A stretch of 54,053 bases of DNA, the filler included, from Sphacelaria rigidula (Eukaryota): assembly GCA_964200075.2 (NCBI GenBank). It is 4 parts of 4 records of this genome, joined end to end, with 100 filler letters (N's around TTAATTAATTAA, not from the genome) between each part and the next. Parts side by side here need not be neighbours in the genome. Positions count along the whole stretch, not along the records: positions 1 to 13,441 come from CAXNAA020002884.1; 3 more parts are not named here. One strand, given 5' to 3'. The position numbers were made by a program, and so were the translations under genes. Below the pieces are notes generated by a model. It was not told the origin of the DNA and ran no database searches. It saw only the letters and a list, made by a program, of their open reading frames with translations. Below are positions 1 to 13,541 of this stretch, piece by piece (position 1 is the first letter of the stretch; each line of letters opens with the position of its first letter).

Positions 1-1297
1 GGCAACGCTCTCCACGGCCTCCATCAAACTGGTCATGGCAGTGGCAGTTCAGGAAGAGTGGCCGCTATACCATTTTGATGTGACACAGGCTTTTGTTCAA
101 GCGGAAATGGACACTGATGTGTACATGAGATTGCCTGAAGGATGCTCCGTTCTGACAGACGTGACCGTGAAGCTTGAAAAATCTATTTACGGGATCAAGC
201 AAGCGGGCAGGCAGTGGTCTCGTCTTCTGTGTAAAACTTTACTGGAGGATGTCGGGATGGTGCAGTGTGAAGCTGATCCATCTGTTTTTGAGATGGAGGA
301 TGCAGGAGAGGTACGTGTGAGTTTAGTTGTCCATGTGGACGACGTCCTCATCAGTGGTACTGAGGAATATGTAGGAAAGGTGGGCCAAATCCTCGATAAA
401 AAGTTCCCCACGAACAATCTAGGAGAAGTAACCTGGTACATGGGGTGCGCTGTGGATAGAGACTGGGGTAGAGGCACGCTGTCTGTGACGCAAACCACGT
501 TCACGGACACACTCCTGGAGCGTTTTGAGGTGAGGGGGTACTCGGAAATCCCTGTCTCTGTTTCTGCAAAGTTGGGGCCGACAACGGGCGAAGACAAGAA
601 GGTGAATCGCCCATACCGTAACGCAATGGGGGGGTTGATGTGGCTGGCAACAGTCACCAGACCCGACATCGCAAATTCAGTACGAGCGCTTGCTCGGCAG
701 TCGCATGACCCATGCGAGAGGCACTGGGAAGCTGTTGTGAAAGTGTCGAAGTACCTACATGAGACGAAGGGTTTTGGACTTCCGTTCGAGAAAGGTCACG
801 ATAGGCTTTCAGTTTTCTGCGATGCAGATTACGCGAAGAAGGAAACGGATAGGCGCTCGGTATCAGGGGTAGCCGTGATGTACATTGGCGTGGTTGTGTC
901 GGCAACGAGCCGCACGCAACACTGCGTAACTCTGTCGACTACGGAAGCAGAGTATGTTGCGATGGCCGAGGGGGCAAAGGAGGGCTTGTTTGTGAAGGCA
1001 GTGTTGACGTTCCTGCGACCGCAGATTGTGTCGGGAAACAGGGAAAACCAAGGTATTGTTTTGTACGAGGATAACGAGGGAGCAAAAGCTCTGGCCGAGA
1101 ATCCTCTCAGCTCCGAAAGGAGTAAGCACATGGACGTGAGATATCACTTCATTCGAGAGCTGGTGGGGACGGGAAAGATCAGGGTTGTACATGTAGGCTC
1201 AGGATGGCAGCATGCAGATATTTTGACGAAGCCTCTTTCGATCAGCCTGTTTACGAGGCACAGACGTTTTTATATGAACTTGGAAGGTAACAAGTAG
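1..1297 (+). mobile_element. Ty1/copia retrotransposon pol, 3' part (RT + RNase H), 5'-truncated by contig end
   Basis: ORF 35..1297 has the copia RT motifs DVTQAFVQA, KSIYGIKQAGRQW and VHVDD, and the RNase H motifs FCDADYA, STTEAEY, YEDNEGA, RSKHMDVRYHFIRE and ADILTK. Confidence 0.97.
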
Positions 1298-1591
1298 GTA
1301 CGACTTTTTGTGTGTACCATTGTGCTCGTGCCGGGTATTTTTAGATGTTCGAGTGATGCATTTATGCGCATTTTGGGTTAAGCCACCCACGCTACTTTGA
1401 GGGGCATGGATTTTGTAGGGCGTTTCCTGACATGTCGTGTATCTGCCTTGACCGGCGTCCATGAATTATCTAGATGGAGCACAAGCTGTTGAGGGGAGGG
1501 GGTTTTGCCCGGATGGCCGGGTTTCCCCCTTGAAACATTTTTTTTGTTGAGAGGAAAGGCCACGACGACTGATGTACCGGTTCAGAGGGGG

Positions 1592-1730
1592 TGTTCATGT
1601 GAACAGGTACACTGAGTGAACATGCACACGTGCGGATAGAATGATGCGGACGTGCGGGTACTGGTAGTCGAGTGTGTGTAACTACAGTATCCCGCTCATG
1701 GCAGCTAGCCATGAGCCCTCATTCTCAACA
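1592..1730 (+). repeat. Putative 3' LTR of the copia element
   Basis: A purine tract (AGAGGGGG, 1584-1591) is followed directly by TGTT...AACA termini. The partner LTR is not in the window, so the right end is tentative. Confidence 0.55.
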
Positions 1731-4083
1731 TCTGATCCCTCAGTCATAGGGTCGACTCAGTCTAGGCACCCTCCAATAATACAAGAGATAAAACTATCTA
1801 TCCTTCGCCATGGGCCACGGAATACGAAACCGCACTACATCCTGACTGCAACTTTTGTGCTCGAGGCATTCAACTGTTCCCCGTGCGCATCAAGTGCAAA
1901 CGATGTATCCACGAGCACTTGGTCGAGAATAAGCGGCGTAATTGTTTTTCGGAGATTCACTCAAACTAAATATTTTGCACTTTGAGACTCTCTGTTTCGC
2001 ACGTCCGAAGCGCCCCATCACGGCCCGGCACTGGGAAAAGAACTCACATCACATTGGTCTTTATATACTGAGGAGCATCTGCATGTTGTCTCGATCTGTT
2101 TCGTGTGTGTGTAGACAACGTTGGCTGACAAAATTTCGAGTTTCTTCCGCGGACCAGATCTTGAACACGCTAATGCGGCGTAACGATCTGGAACACTTGA
2201 CTGTTCTACTGTCAGTACCTTTGCACTGGAGCACCCTGCGCGGTCGAGAGGCCCCCCACCCTGCCACGGCCGGTACGAAGTCAGTTTTCATATTCCCTGA
2301 GTTGTAGGCGGATGGTGTTGCTTCCGATAGGGGTTGCAGAGAGGCTGATCTGAATACTTGCTGAGCGGCGCAGCTACAGCTGCGCAGCTAAGCAGATACT
2401 TCAGACACTCCGCCATACGGGTCACCGTGGAACAAAAGGACACATGAACACACCTCTTCTCCGAGCTGGCATCAAAGCAACCGATTACTGAAGCGCTGAG
2501 GGCAGATGTACGCAGCCCGTAGCCATTTTTCACGACAATACGGTCGATAGCTAGCCCTTGCTCCACAGAAGTCATTTCCACTTCGGTGACGAGATCCAGC
2601 TCAGCGGCAGTACTAGTACGAATCCTCGGATAGTGGTAACCGAAAAAGCAGTCCCGCCGACGGACAAAACGGTTCACCTACTAGTATGTGCTCCCAACCG
2701 CAACTATAGCAAGCAGAACAGTTAAACATTACAGTGCTGCTATCTCGCCTGTCGCCTCCATGTGCAGCAATTGGAAACATATACGATTGAAGTGGCCATT
2801 AAGTGCCGCATCATTGGACAGAGGGGAGAACGGAGGGACAAGCCTTATCAAGTTGAGCTTGCTTGAATGAGCAATCCTTTCGATCGAGGTTGCATCGAGG
2901 AAGTAGAAAGCGCGACTGCAGTGGCAGCGCAGCATGATCAGACGATCAAGATTCGGCAATCCCAGGTAGAACAGCCAATAGAATATCATGCCCGTGAGCA
3001 CGTGCACGTGCGTCTGTATAGTCACTATATGTGTCGCGAGAGACCACATTCCCACCAGCTTTTGTTCTTTCAGGTGCTACAGCAGGCTCCCAAGCAGCGA
3101 CCGAAGAGCTTGTGGTCCTCACATCATCAGCATCTCATATGAGCCCTCGCAAACGAAATAAACCCACCGTCATGACGCGCTTGTTTTACTTTGTACCTTA
3201 CACCGCCCCATTTCTCAACAATGCAACACGTGATACAGCCAGCGCCCGGCGGGTGATGGAGTTCTGTGTTCCAGATGTGCATCACCGACGGGTGTCACAT
3301 TCAGGGGTGATATACAACGTAGCTCGACAGAGTATAACAATAATAAGTATGGCATACTTTTGGTGCAGTAAAACTTTTCCGAGATTATGCCAAAAATGCA
3401 CAAAAATACTGAAAAAAAATATCGTTCGCTCTTTTTCTCAGGGGATTTCATTCAACGTGTGGATGCCTTAGTACCGCCACACCATACGGTGACAGCGTAG
3501 TGCTTGCATTGCATGCTTCGATACGGGTGTTCAGTGCTACCTCAACATGCAGTAGCTGTGTGGTGGCATTTGTACTTCATTTCAAATGTCTCGAACAACC
3601 ATTTGCTGCGCTGAAATTTCAGTGAGGCAGATTTCCAGCACGAACACGGACACTCGTTGGATGGATACTATTTGCTTGCGGTTGCTCACCTCGCTACTCT
3701 GGTCATGTAGTCTGAGACGTTATTTCCATTTCTTGACTACGTTGGACACATAAAGAGCGCAGCGAAATTGTACTTCACCGCGTGTTTTTCCTTCATAGGT
3801 ACGAAAATTAGTGTTCGTATATATCCTTAGCCCTGCATTCCTGTCAGTTTATTCGACCTTGTTTCTTCCTTAATTTATGTTTTACTCTTGATTTGCTTTG
3901 ACGCCTTTCTACTGAAGCTTCCTCAACACTTACTCCGTTCACTCACTTTGGGTGCGTCTACATTGTGACAACGGCAGACTTCGTAGCGGGTCAGTTAACT
4001 GTGAGACACATTAGGCAATTCATTAGATAGTTGCGTGCGCTGCCAACATCCTCATAGAAACCTCATGCCCGCTACCCCTGTGG

Positions 4084-7000
4084 TTGCACACCCACCCACG
4101 CATTCACGTAAAAAAACAGAGCTTGGTGCCACCGACCGTGGTGAAACAAACACGCACACATGTAACCTTCTCCTGGCGAGCAACTCGTGGGCCATGCTCC
4201 ATCCGAACCGAGCGACGCGTGAACTCGATCAGTCACGATGACGAGTGGGCGGATCTCGAAAAGGATATCAAACGCGATGAGGAAAATGCAGTAATCAAGG
4301 CATCACAAAGAATCAAACGAGGAAGAAATCGTACTACCGAACGGAAGAATACCGGGACAGAAACAACCAGAGTGATCTCGAAGGCCGAGGTGCTCGAAAT
4401 CGACCACGTCGAGCTCCAGACATGTTCGTGCGGATGTCCGCGATGCGTCCCCGGCCGCGGAGAGGCAGAAGAAGAGCAACCGACCACGCAAATTGCGACG
4501 ACCGGACGCGACGACAGCAATAGTAATGGTCACCGAGAGTGTTCTTTATGTCTGCGCTGTGCAAAAAAAGGAGGCGAAGTAACAACTACGCGCGGAGTAG
4601 GGTGCTGGCGACCTGTATATTGGGGCAACGAAAGATGCTGCAAGGTCAAACTGGAGCACAGGAATGCGCTGCAGCACTTCCGGCTGTTAGTCCGCGCGCG
4701 CAAACCCCCGCCGGGGAGACGAAACTACCTGCGGCCGACGGGCCGGGAATTGCATTCGCCACCATTGTCAGCAGAAACAAACAATCGTCCTTCTCCTCAC
4801 GGAGTTATCTCATCGCGGGCGGCTGGCGCGATCATTCCGCGACGAGAAAAGCCTAGCAGGACGGTGCTCTACAACAACGTCATAGATTCGTGCAACGCCG
4901 GATCACAAACAATATCAACAGGACCACAGGGTGGACATATTGATCACAGCAGTGGTCATCCGCAGGCAGCGGTTGATGCTGCGGTACTTCACCGAAATGT
5001 CAACAGTACTTCCCTATCCGACAATGAGGAACCGCCAAGATGGTTTGTATCCGCGCCTGTGTTTATAAATACACACCCTCCTCCGGTCAAGCTTCATGGG
5101 TTGGGCACGACGCTGGTCATAACTTGGCCGTCCCTTACTAGCTTCTCGGGGTCGGAATGCGTGTCGTACGTCTTGGAACAGCGGTCTCGCCCGGTGCGAT
5201 CAGCACGGTCGGTCAACGGTACAACCGCGGACATCTTCCACAGTCGACAGCTAAATCATTTACCTACTGCTAGTGCGGGTGGTGTCGGCGACGGTGGCCT
5301 TCGCGGCAGTAGCCATTGCGCCCAGAATAAGGTAGGAAAGAGAAGGGACTGTGTCACTCGCCAACACCCCTGTCCGGGCAATAAAAACAGCAAACGCCGT
5401 CATTGTCGACATGCGGCGCACCAGAACGAGTCGAAACAGGTATTTTCGGTTGGGACTCGATGTTGGTTTGTTCCTACCTCTCTCGCGCCGGGGCACCTGT
5501 ACCGATATCGGCTGAGGCTTGTTCACGAGGGCGAGTGGAGCATCGCAGGTCAGTGGGTTTCTCACATGACTACCGTGCCCCCACCTCGGTGTATAGGAGC
5601 TGCCGGTGCGCAGGGCGTAGTGATTTCTCTCCCGAAAATCTCCAGTACGCGCAGCGGGGCCTCCAGAGACGATGGTACCAGAGGCGAGGGGGTATACTCA
5701 CGTGGGGTTCCAGAGGTCACTGCGGATCTGGGAACAGAAGCCTTTTCTCAAGGGGAGATCGATCTTGCACGAGCAAAGGATTCTTCTGGGGGAGAGTATA
5801 CAGACGGAGCGAGCAGTGAAGACGATGGCGAAGCCCCGAAAGATGAGGAAAATCCACTGACTTCGCCAACCCACAGTCCCTGTGGTAGTGAGGCATTTTC
5901 GAGAGAGGGGGGGGAGGAAAAGAGCCATCAGGCGGGGGATGTGCCGCAAGAGATGGAAGAGATGGGGACACCGGTGGTATGGTACAGGCTGACGGGTTCG
6001 GATATGCCAAATCGGTGGCGAGTGGTCTACGAAGGACCGAGCTCTCAAGTTGCTGTACAGGTGAACTACCGTTTCCGGAAGGGAGAAAACAACTTGTAGA
6101 AATCAACTAAAGCTGGAATGTGTGGGTAGTGAAACGGAGTATGAATGCACCTCTTTGCGTTTAACGAGCGCATTTATCTGGCGTTTTGTTCATAATACAA
6201 CGTGTGTTATTTCCTCCCCGTGCATGCTAGTCGCAGTTTGGATGCATCGCTTCCGTAGGGATCATGGGTGAGAGCTCATACCCAAAACAGTGTAGCCGAA
6301 CTAGATGACTCGCACTCTGTCCCCACGCACTCCTTTTTCTTCTCGATTTGGTATGGATGCGTGTACTGTGCGCAAGACCGTCTTTACCAGAAGCTATGTT
6401 GCCGACGCCCGATGCGTGTGCTGTGCGCAAGACCGTTTTCACCTGAAGTTATGTTGCAGACGCCCGTCATTTCTACTTGACTTTCGTCTCTGTCTTTGTT
6501 ATGTTTTGTTTTGTTTTGTTTTGTGCTTTTTAGAGTACGCCTTGTGCCTGTTCCACCTTTTTGTTGTCTTCACGTTCCTTCAGCAAGTGCTTCCGTTTTT
6601 TTCATCTCCGGTACGTCTATCATATGAACATGACTGGATCCCTAGGGGAGGACTAAGCATGCAATCGTTACTCAATCAATTGATTAATCAATTAAGTGGG
6701 AAAACTCAGTTCTTTGTCGTTGGCTGAATCAAGTTTTATCGCAGGCACTTAGTGCAGTGTTGTTGAGCCGCGACCGATCGTACGTGTCGATTCTGCAACT
6801 GCCTCTCGCAAAATGTCGCTCATGCGCTGCTCCCCCTTCGTGTTATACCGGCTGCTCCGAACCCCGCTCGGCGTGCACCTCAAAATAAGGGTCTTGAACC
6901 CAATGCGCTGTTCTCGTTCCGAGTAACGGTGGACGTCGACCTAACAGAGCTGAGGCGGCGTGCTCTTAGCTCCCTCACATCCCTGGGTCTTGAAGCACCA

Positions 7001-10000
7001 CCAAACTCGGTGCTCTCGACACCTTCGGCTCTCATTGGATCCTGCAGCCCTACACATAATGGGAAGGATACCATAGCCGACACCACCATCCTCAAGGACG
7101 CAACCCGATCGGAAACTGGTCCTATACTTGCTGCTTCAACAGCCAATACTAGACACGGGTCAGGCAGGGCGCAATCGTGGCGTTGGACAGTTGATGACAG
7201 TGCGCCGTCACCGAAATCAATAGTTGTTCAACCAGCTGCCCGGAAGGGGACGGTCGGCGGTGCCGGTCCCGGCGCAAGCAGCGGGTCAGCATTATCAGCA
7301 GTGCAGTCGGGGATATCTTCCCCCAAAAACACCGGGTTGAACGGCAGTTTTTGTGCACAGCGGCAGAGGATACGGTCTTGGAGTCCTGCTACCAGCCCCG
7401 TCATGTCGCAGTTGAAAAAGGAGGGGTTCGCGATCCATGATGTGGCTTTTGCCACAGACAGCGGGTATTTTCCTGAACCGCCAGCACGGTCCTCAAGACG
7501 GTGGGGAGATACCAAAAATCGATTGGGGACGAGCGAGTATGAACCTCTGGATCGATCGGATCCAGCTGTATTCGCGACCGCACCGCGAGCGCCATTTTTT
7601 ACAAGTTTCGTCTTAGATGGAATTTGCCAGGTGATAAGCACGCCGATGTCTTTGAAGTGAAACTACAACACCTAATATCGACTTCAACCCTATGCCGTTT
7701 ACACTTGGGGGTGACGAAATCGTTTATGGGATTGACATCACAGATCTCAAACACTCTGTCCAGGAACCGATTCCGCGGGGTAACGTTTACCCGAGAGCAG
7801 CGCTGCCTACGCGAACCTGGAAGCAGTCATGCAACACTACCATATGTAATTATCAACTGTCTCGTCTTCACCGTACTCGAAACACCTCTGCACCCTACCG
7901 GTTTTTTATCACAACACGATTTCTGCAGGTTAAAGTATGGTGGGCACCACCTCAGCAAATCGTCGACATCCACGGGGAAAGGGCTTGCCCTTCGACTGCT
8001 CACGTTATCTCCAACACAACCGAGGCAACCGTCACAGCCATGCCTGCTTCGGACTTGGCTATGGCGAAGGACGGCTGCAAGCGACAGTCAGGCACGACCA
8101 ACATGGGATCATCCAAGCGAAGCACGCACTCCACGCCAAAAGGGCACGACGCGAGAGGAACTGTGAGTACTGCACACTTGTCACCCCTTTCTCAGCAGCA
8201 GCAGCAGCAGCAACAGCAACAGCTACGACAAAAACAACAATACCCTGTGTACGTGCTGCAGGCATTCGATCCGGTGTCTGGAGACGCTCGGCCGTTGTAT
8301 TCTGGTACCGACCGGTGGACTGATCTGCCGCAAATATTCGCCAATTTACCAATAGCGCCAGCGACTGCCTACTTCCTGACACTCTCCGCGAAGGTATCTG
8401 CCGAACAAGCTGAGAGTAAGGCATCAGGAGTCATCTTCACAGCTCCCCCAGCTCCCGTTCTAGAGCTGGTCGGCGGCGGGGTAGTCCCTCCGCTCGCACG
8501 GACCTTCCAAGGCGAGGCAAACGTAACAGGAGAAGACTCGCCGGTCGGCGTTAGATTGAGGGCATTCTGGGTCGATACTTTTGACACCATGTTTTTGCCC
8601 GCAGAAGAAAAACAAGGGAGCCACAAAGAAACAGACGTACATTTGCCACCGATATCTGTAGCCCTCGAAATGTCGCGGGCATGGACGGCCGGTCCACCGG
8701 ACCGTGGCGCGGGCGGAATTATGGCCGGGACAATACCTAGGTCTGGCCCAACCGGCCTGTCTGGGGCTCATCCGTCGCGGGAGCTCGACCTGAAACGGCT
8801 GGGAACTGTTGGTGGTGGTCGAACACAGAGGGGTAGGTCTTTGCTACCGGGCAATGCAAAGAAGGGAGAGTCCGGCAAACTTGCGAACAGCGAAGACAAC
8901 AGCGGGATCGTGAAAGGAGATGCGGGCGGAGGTTTGTGTTGGACGCTCGATTCCAGCACATGGGACCGGCCTCCAGGGGGGACAACAGCCGGAGGGTTCC
9001 GCGATGTTTGGAGGGGTTTCGACGGGGAGACTGAAGCATTCACGCCTAGCTTGCCTCCCGGAGTTCGAGTAGCTTTTCGCGTGCGTGTGGACTGTCGCTT
9101 TGGGGTTGCGTATTCTGCGGCCACGGTGTACCAGACTGCATCGGTCGTGCCTCCACCCCCAACGGTAAGTAAGCTGCGCTGAGGATTTGGAGAAAAAGCA
9201 CGATGAGATGGAGGGTTTTCGGAATATATTCGCCCACCGATTGGGCACAGCAACAATTCTGTCGCATGTTTCTGGTCAAACTTTGAGCCTTGGCGACAAT
9301 AGAGCATTACTGTTGCCCACTGACGGTTGACAGATGTACTCGTTCAGTCGGAGAGCGGGCCACTCAATTTCTCCACGTTGGCGAAATGGACGTCACCCTT
9401 GATACGCCCATCTGGCCACGTAACGAGGACCTCCTCATTGCACCTTCTACTAGCACCGCTGCCTGGACTAGTAATGTGCTATCGATGCAGTGATTGCGTC
9501 GGTCCTATTTGCCAAACATGCCATGCTCACGCGAATATGAATTCATGTTGACAAACACCAGGGCCTTCGAGCGAGCGTGACTACCCACGAAAGCAGGGTA
9601 GGAAAGACAAGCAGCTGCTTGTGTCTGACGTGGGACCTGGCTGCCCCCGGTCATGGCAGAAATATCGCCACGTCTTTTACTGTTCAGGTAAGTAAGTATC
9701 GCATTCAGAAGCTCCCGTAACATCGTGAGTGACAGCATTACACAAGTACTTACACTTGCCTGCCACGCACATTCCTGGACACTACTCTGCCGTCTATGAG
9801 TCTATGGGGTCAACGTAGAGGCTTCAGCTCAAAACACGTCAGAGCGGTGAAATGGACCGCATTCCCTCCTCCGTCACCGCTTCCACTTACCTTCAGGCGT
9901 GGTATATCCTGAGTCTCCCTGGAAAATTCCAGGGCCAGCCGAAGCTCACACACTCTCATTCGCCCTCACACCTGCCCTATTACACATAATTCGCTCCGAA

Positions 10001-11079
10001 CACCCAATGAAAAATAAGGTTGACCCCACTCCTTTTGCGTGCGACATTCCACCCAGGCGCGTCGCTGCGGGAGCAACACCACTGAACAGTCATGGCACAA
10101 TGTATGCACCTGCCCGGCACCCCCATGCGTCGACCCGAACACCCTCGGCACGCCGCGCGTAGCTGCCCACTATCGCGTGCGGGGGCATGGTCCCGGGGGT
10201 TCGGGTGATTGGTGCAAACCTCTACCAGTCGACCTGCTCGTAGCCGGGGAATCTCTTGACGTCGACACGGCCGGGGATGGATGCACGATTTCGGTTATTC
10301 CAAAGGAGGGGTCAGTTGTGACGATGGACGACAAGATCATGGTGGCCGACAGTAGCAAGAAATACTGCGGACGCTCTCCGATGCCCTACCGTGCATCAGG
10401 CTCGCGAGAGCGCGACTCGCTCACGGGCGAAGTGCGTCGAGCGTGGCACGCGCGGGGAAAACTGATGAAACGGCCGTTGCAGATGCATCCGCCGTCGGCG
10501 GCCGTCGCGGCCGCTGTGTCGGGGGCGCCTATATCAGCGGCGATACATCTGAAGTACTCGCCATCCGACTATCGCCACAGACGCGCTGGCGGCAGCAAGC
10601 AGTTGCTCTGGGGTATGCTCGCTTCTCCACGAGAGTCTCGAATGTGTCGGGCCGCAGCGGCGATGAAACGAGGGGAGAGGGGTGCTGGGAGATCTGGTGG
10701 TTGTGTTGGCCGTGACATTCCGACGTGTATGGGCATCCGCCCTCTGCAGCTAGGTTGTAGTGGTGATGGTGCTATTGAAAATGGTTTAGATGGTGTAAAA
10801 GGTGCAGGTGGAGAGGATGCGAGAAGTGATTGGCAGGCTAGCATGAGGGTGGTCGATGGGTCTGGGTCTTCGGCCCAGCAGCCGTGTGGATATCAGCGGC
10901 TGGGGAAGATGTCGAGCAACGCTATGCCACAGGCGTTAGCGCTGGTTTTACGTGAACAGTTGGACATATCTCCATCGTCAGCTATCCCAGGTTTTGCCGC
11001 GCTATCGGATACAATGGAAAAAGAAAGAGGGCGGCATTTGGTCGATGGTGAAACATCTGTCCCCGGTCCCGATGGGTGA
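4084..11079 (+). CDS. Multi-exon fibronectin type III domain protein (partial model). Exons ~4231(?)-6060, 6890-7630, 7929-9164, 9562-9687, 10057-11075/11079
   Basis: Phase-0 GT-AG introns join split FN3 motifs: YEGPSSQVAVQ|GLEPNALFSFRVTV, LPPGVRVAFRV...PPPPT|GLRASV..LCLTWDL..SFTVQ|ARR..HYRVRGHGPGGSGDWCKP, and LAPGHLYRYRLR. The start codon and 3' end are uncertain. Confidence 0.8.
8193..8223 (+). repeat. (CAG/CAA)n polyglutamine tract inside exon 3
   Basis: cagcagcagcagcagcagcaacagcaacag encodes Q10. Confidence 0.9.
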
Positions 11080-11368
11080 GATATGGAGTGATGAGTGTCA
11101 GTAGTGTCGGAGAAACACACCCTGTCTATGCCGAGGCAGAGCTATAGTACCTCGACGTCTTTGTGAGAGTTGAGTCGTGCACGCCCCGGTCGTTCAGCTG
11201 AAGTGTCAACCACGAGCTCAATGGACGTGGCAGTGAACTGAGCAACGTTGTACAAGCTGATGCTTGCCTGCGACGCTGATCTGGATTTGAGACTGCCCCC
11301 CCCCCCGTCCTCAACCGAGGTGGCAACAGCGCGAATCAGCGCGCTTGCCAACCTGAAGCCGCTTAGAC

Positions 11369-11373
<5 letters not shown>

Positions 11374-11406
<33 letters not shown>
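11374..11406. repeat. (GA)n microsatellite
   Basis: Directly visible perfect GA run. Confidence 0.95.
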
Positions 11407-11411
<5 letters not shown>

Positions 11412-13441
11412 TGGCACGTAGTTTTTTTACTTCCCAAAAGTGAAATGCTATGGAATATGACGGGGCAGTACTCCTTCTTTGATGACTGATGTCATCCGTG
11501 GCCCTTCGGAGCGGACGAACACTTCGACAATCAATGGCAATCGTACTCCGCACGGAAAATGTTTTTTGCACTACCCCCGCCCATGTCCGTGCAATGTCGA
11601 CAAGCAGCCCAGCGTCGCGGAATCCCGGTTGTCCAGTCGTTACATGGAATTCGTCGAGCCACTCACCTACGCGGGCTGTGCATGAGGACACTGGCTTCAG
11701 CCAACGGCGACCTCAAGGACGAGAGAGGCGAAACACACGTGTGAGCGCATCCCGCGCAACCAAGAAATATAATCGTAGCATAATCCCCGACGGAGTCAAC
11801 AGGAGTACTAGCCATGACTCCGCGCGGAGGAATGGGAGCTCAAAATGCAGACGACAGCGACGGGGTTTTCGAATTGTTCGAGACAGGGATGTTGATAGCG
11901 GACTCGAAAACCAGATCGTTTTGTGTTGAAAGTTCGCCTGAACCGAAGAGTGTACACGTTGGATGGACAAAAGTGTACCACGAGTGTGTCTGTGATGAGT
12001 AGAGTTAGGCCAGGCTAAAACGAAAAAAGGCAAACCCCGTGGAAATATCCCTGCGAACAATCCCACTCACTCCCTGTGGCGCTTGAACTGTCGGCGAGCC
12101 TGAGCTTCATATCGCTAGATTACCTGGGATATGTTGTCTCAATGTCTTGCATCCACGCAGCGATAATCTTTGAAGCAGACAACACAGGCACGGTGGCTTT
12201 GACCGCTGGGGTTAGGTGCGTGCTCCTATAGTGAGTGTCAGGCACGCTGCGGCTCTCCCCCTGGTAAAAGATGCGTTTTGGATGCTGAGCTTTCGATATG
12301 TCGTATGTCGAGGGTTGCCTCTAGGCTACCTATTAACCAAGCAGACCGCACGTCCCGGAATCCACCTTGTATAACGTAGGGTCACCAAGACCATACTTGT
12401 GTACCGCGGAATTGCTTATTGGGCGCTTTGATGGTAAGTATTGGGGCATTCAAACGCCTTCGCTCCCGTGATAAAATTTTGCTGGGCCACGGCGCGCTCG
12501 GTCCTGAGTTTGCCTCGTAAAAATCCGTCTCGCTAGAATCTCTTTGAACGCTCTGAAAAAAGTGGTCACGTTGAAAAGGGCTTTAGACTATTGCGTCTCC
12601 GTGAATTTTTTGGATACCGGATTTTTACGTTCGTTTTTTTTTCTTCTTGTGTTTCCCTTTTCTTCTTCCCTTTTCTTCTTCATTTGTTTTATTTTCTTAT
12701 GTCCTTTACCCTTGTGCTTGGTAGTACTTGTTCCCCTTTTCTTAATACAGAGTGGTTGATAACTTTTGGCGCGAGTGGCCGCACGGAAGAAGCTTGGCGC
12801 CGAAATCGGCATTTCCTGGGTTTTGGTGGAGTTTGCAACGTGTGCACAACACACCAGGAAGTTGCCGTGTGTTTCACCAATGTGCGCAATACCTACAACA
12901 CCACAACACATACTTGTATACATGTTGACAACCCCGTCAACGCGTGATGGGCCTTGTAATGTCCGCATCAAGAACACTTGGGGCCACCCGTGTGCCAAAG
13001 TGATGCGGTTTTCGGGTAAGTGCGACGCCTTGTCTGCGGGGGGTGTCCGGGTTTACGAAGGCGTCGTTCTTAGTCCGGCCGCGTCTTCCAGTCTCCTTTT
13101 GAGTGTCAAATACGTATTTCTGCATTATTTGCTTGTCCTTCATCTAGTCGGGTTTTGCTCAGCACACGTTTCCGTGTATTTTGCCTGGGGCAAATCTACT
13201 TTTAACCGCGGTTGGGTTTGCAGCGGGGTATTTAATGTGAGACAGTCAATCAACCGATCAGTCATAAAGACTATTGTCGCCAGGATGACCCCGAAGGTCA
13301 TTTCATGGAATGGAACCGTAGTCGGTCAGAAAGCTGAAGTACGCATGAGATCAGGGGGGGGGGGGGGGGGGGGGGGGGGGCTGACGTCGTGCTTGTTTGG
13401 GGGGGTGGGGGGGGCTTCACGCCGCCCCCCCTCGGGGGAGG

Positions 13442-13541
13442 NNNNNNNNNNNNNNNNNNNNNNNNNNNNNNNNNNNNNNNNNNNNTTAATTAATTAANNN
13501 NNNNNNNNNNNNNNNNNNNNNNNNNNNNNNNNNNNNNNNNN
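13442..13541. other. Artificial contig linker (N44-TTAATTAATTAA-N44)
   Basis: 100-bp spacer with a core giving stops in all six frames; identical at 26982-27081 and 40519-40618. Confidence 0.98.

Noticed and set aside
2061-3142. Short ORFs, possibly a gene remnant or 5' exons of the FN3 gene
   Set aside because: No recognisable motif, and no convincing splice path could be built.
11479-12002. Further 3' exons of the FN3 gene
   Set aside because: Coding-like composition, but stops and no clear phase-compatible acceptor.
12544-13497. Hydrophobic or Lys-rich ORFs
   Set aside because: They are translations of T-rich repeat, poly-G and linker sequence.
13486-13497. Repeated TTAATTAATTAA motif as a regulatory site
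   Set aside because: It is an assembly linker.
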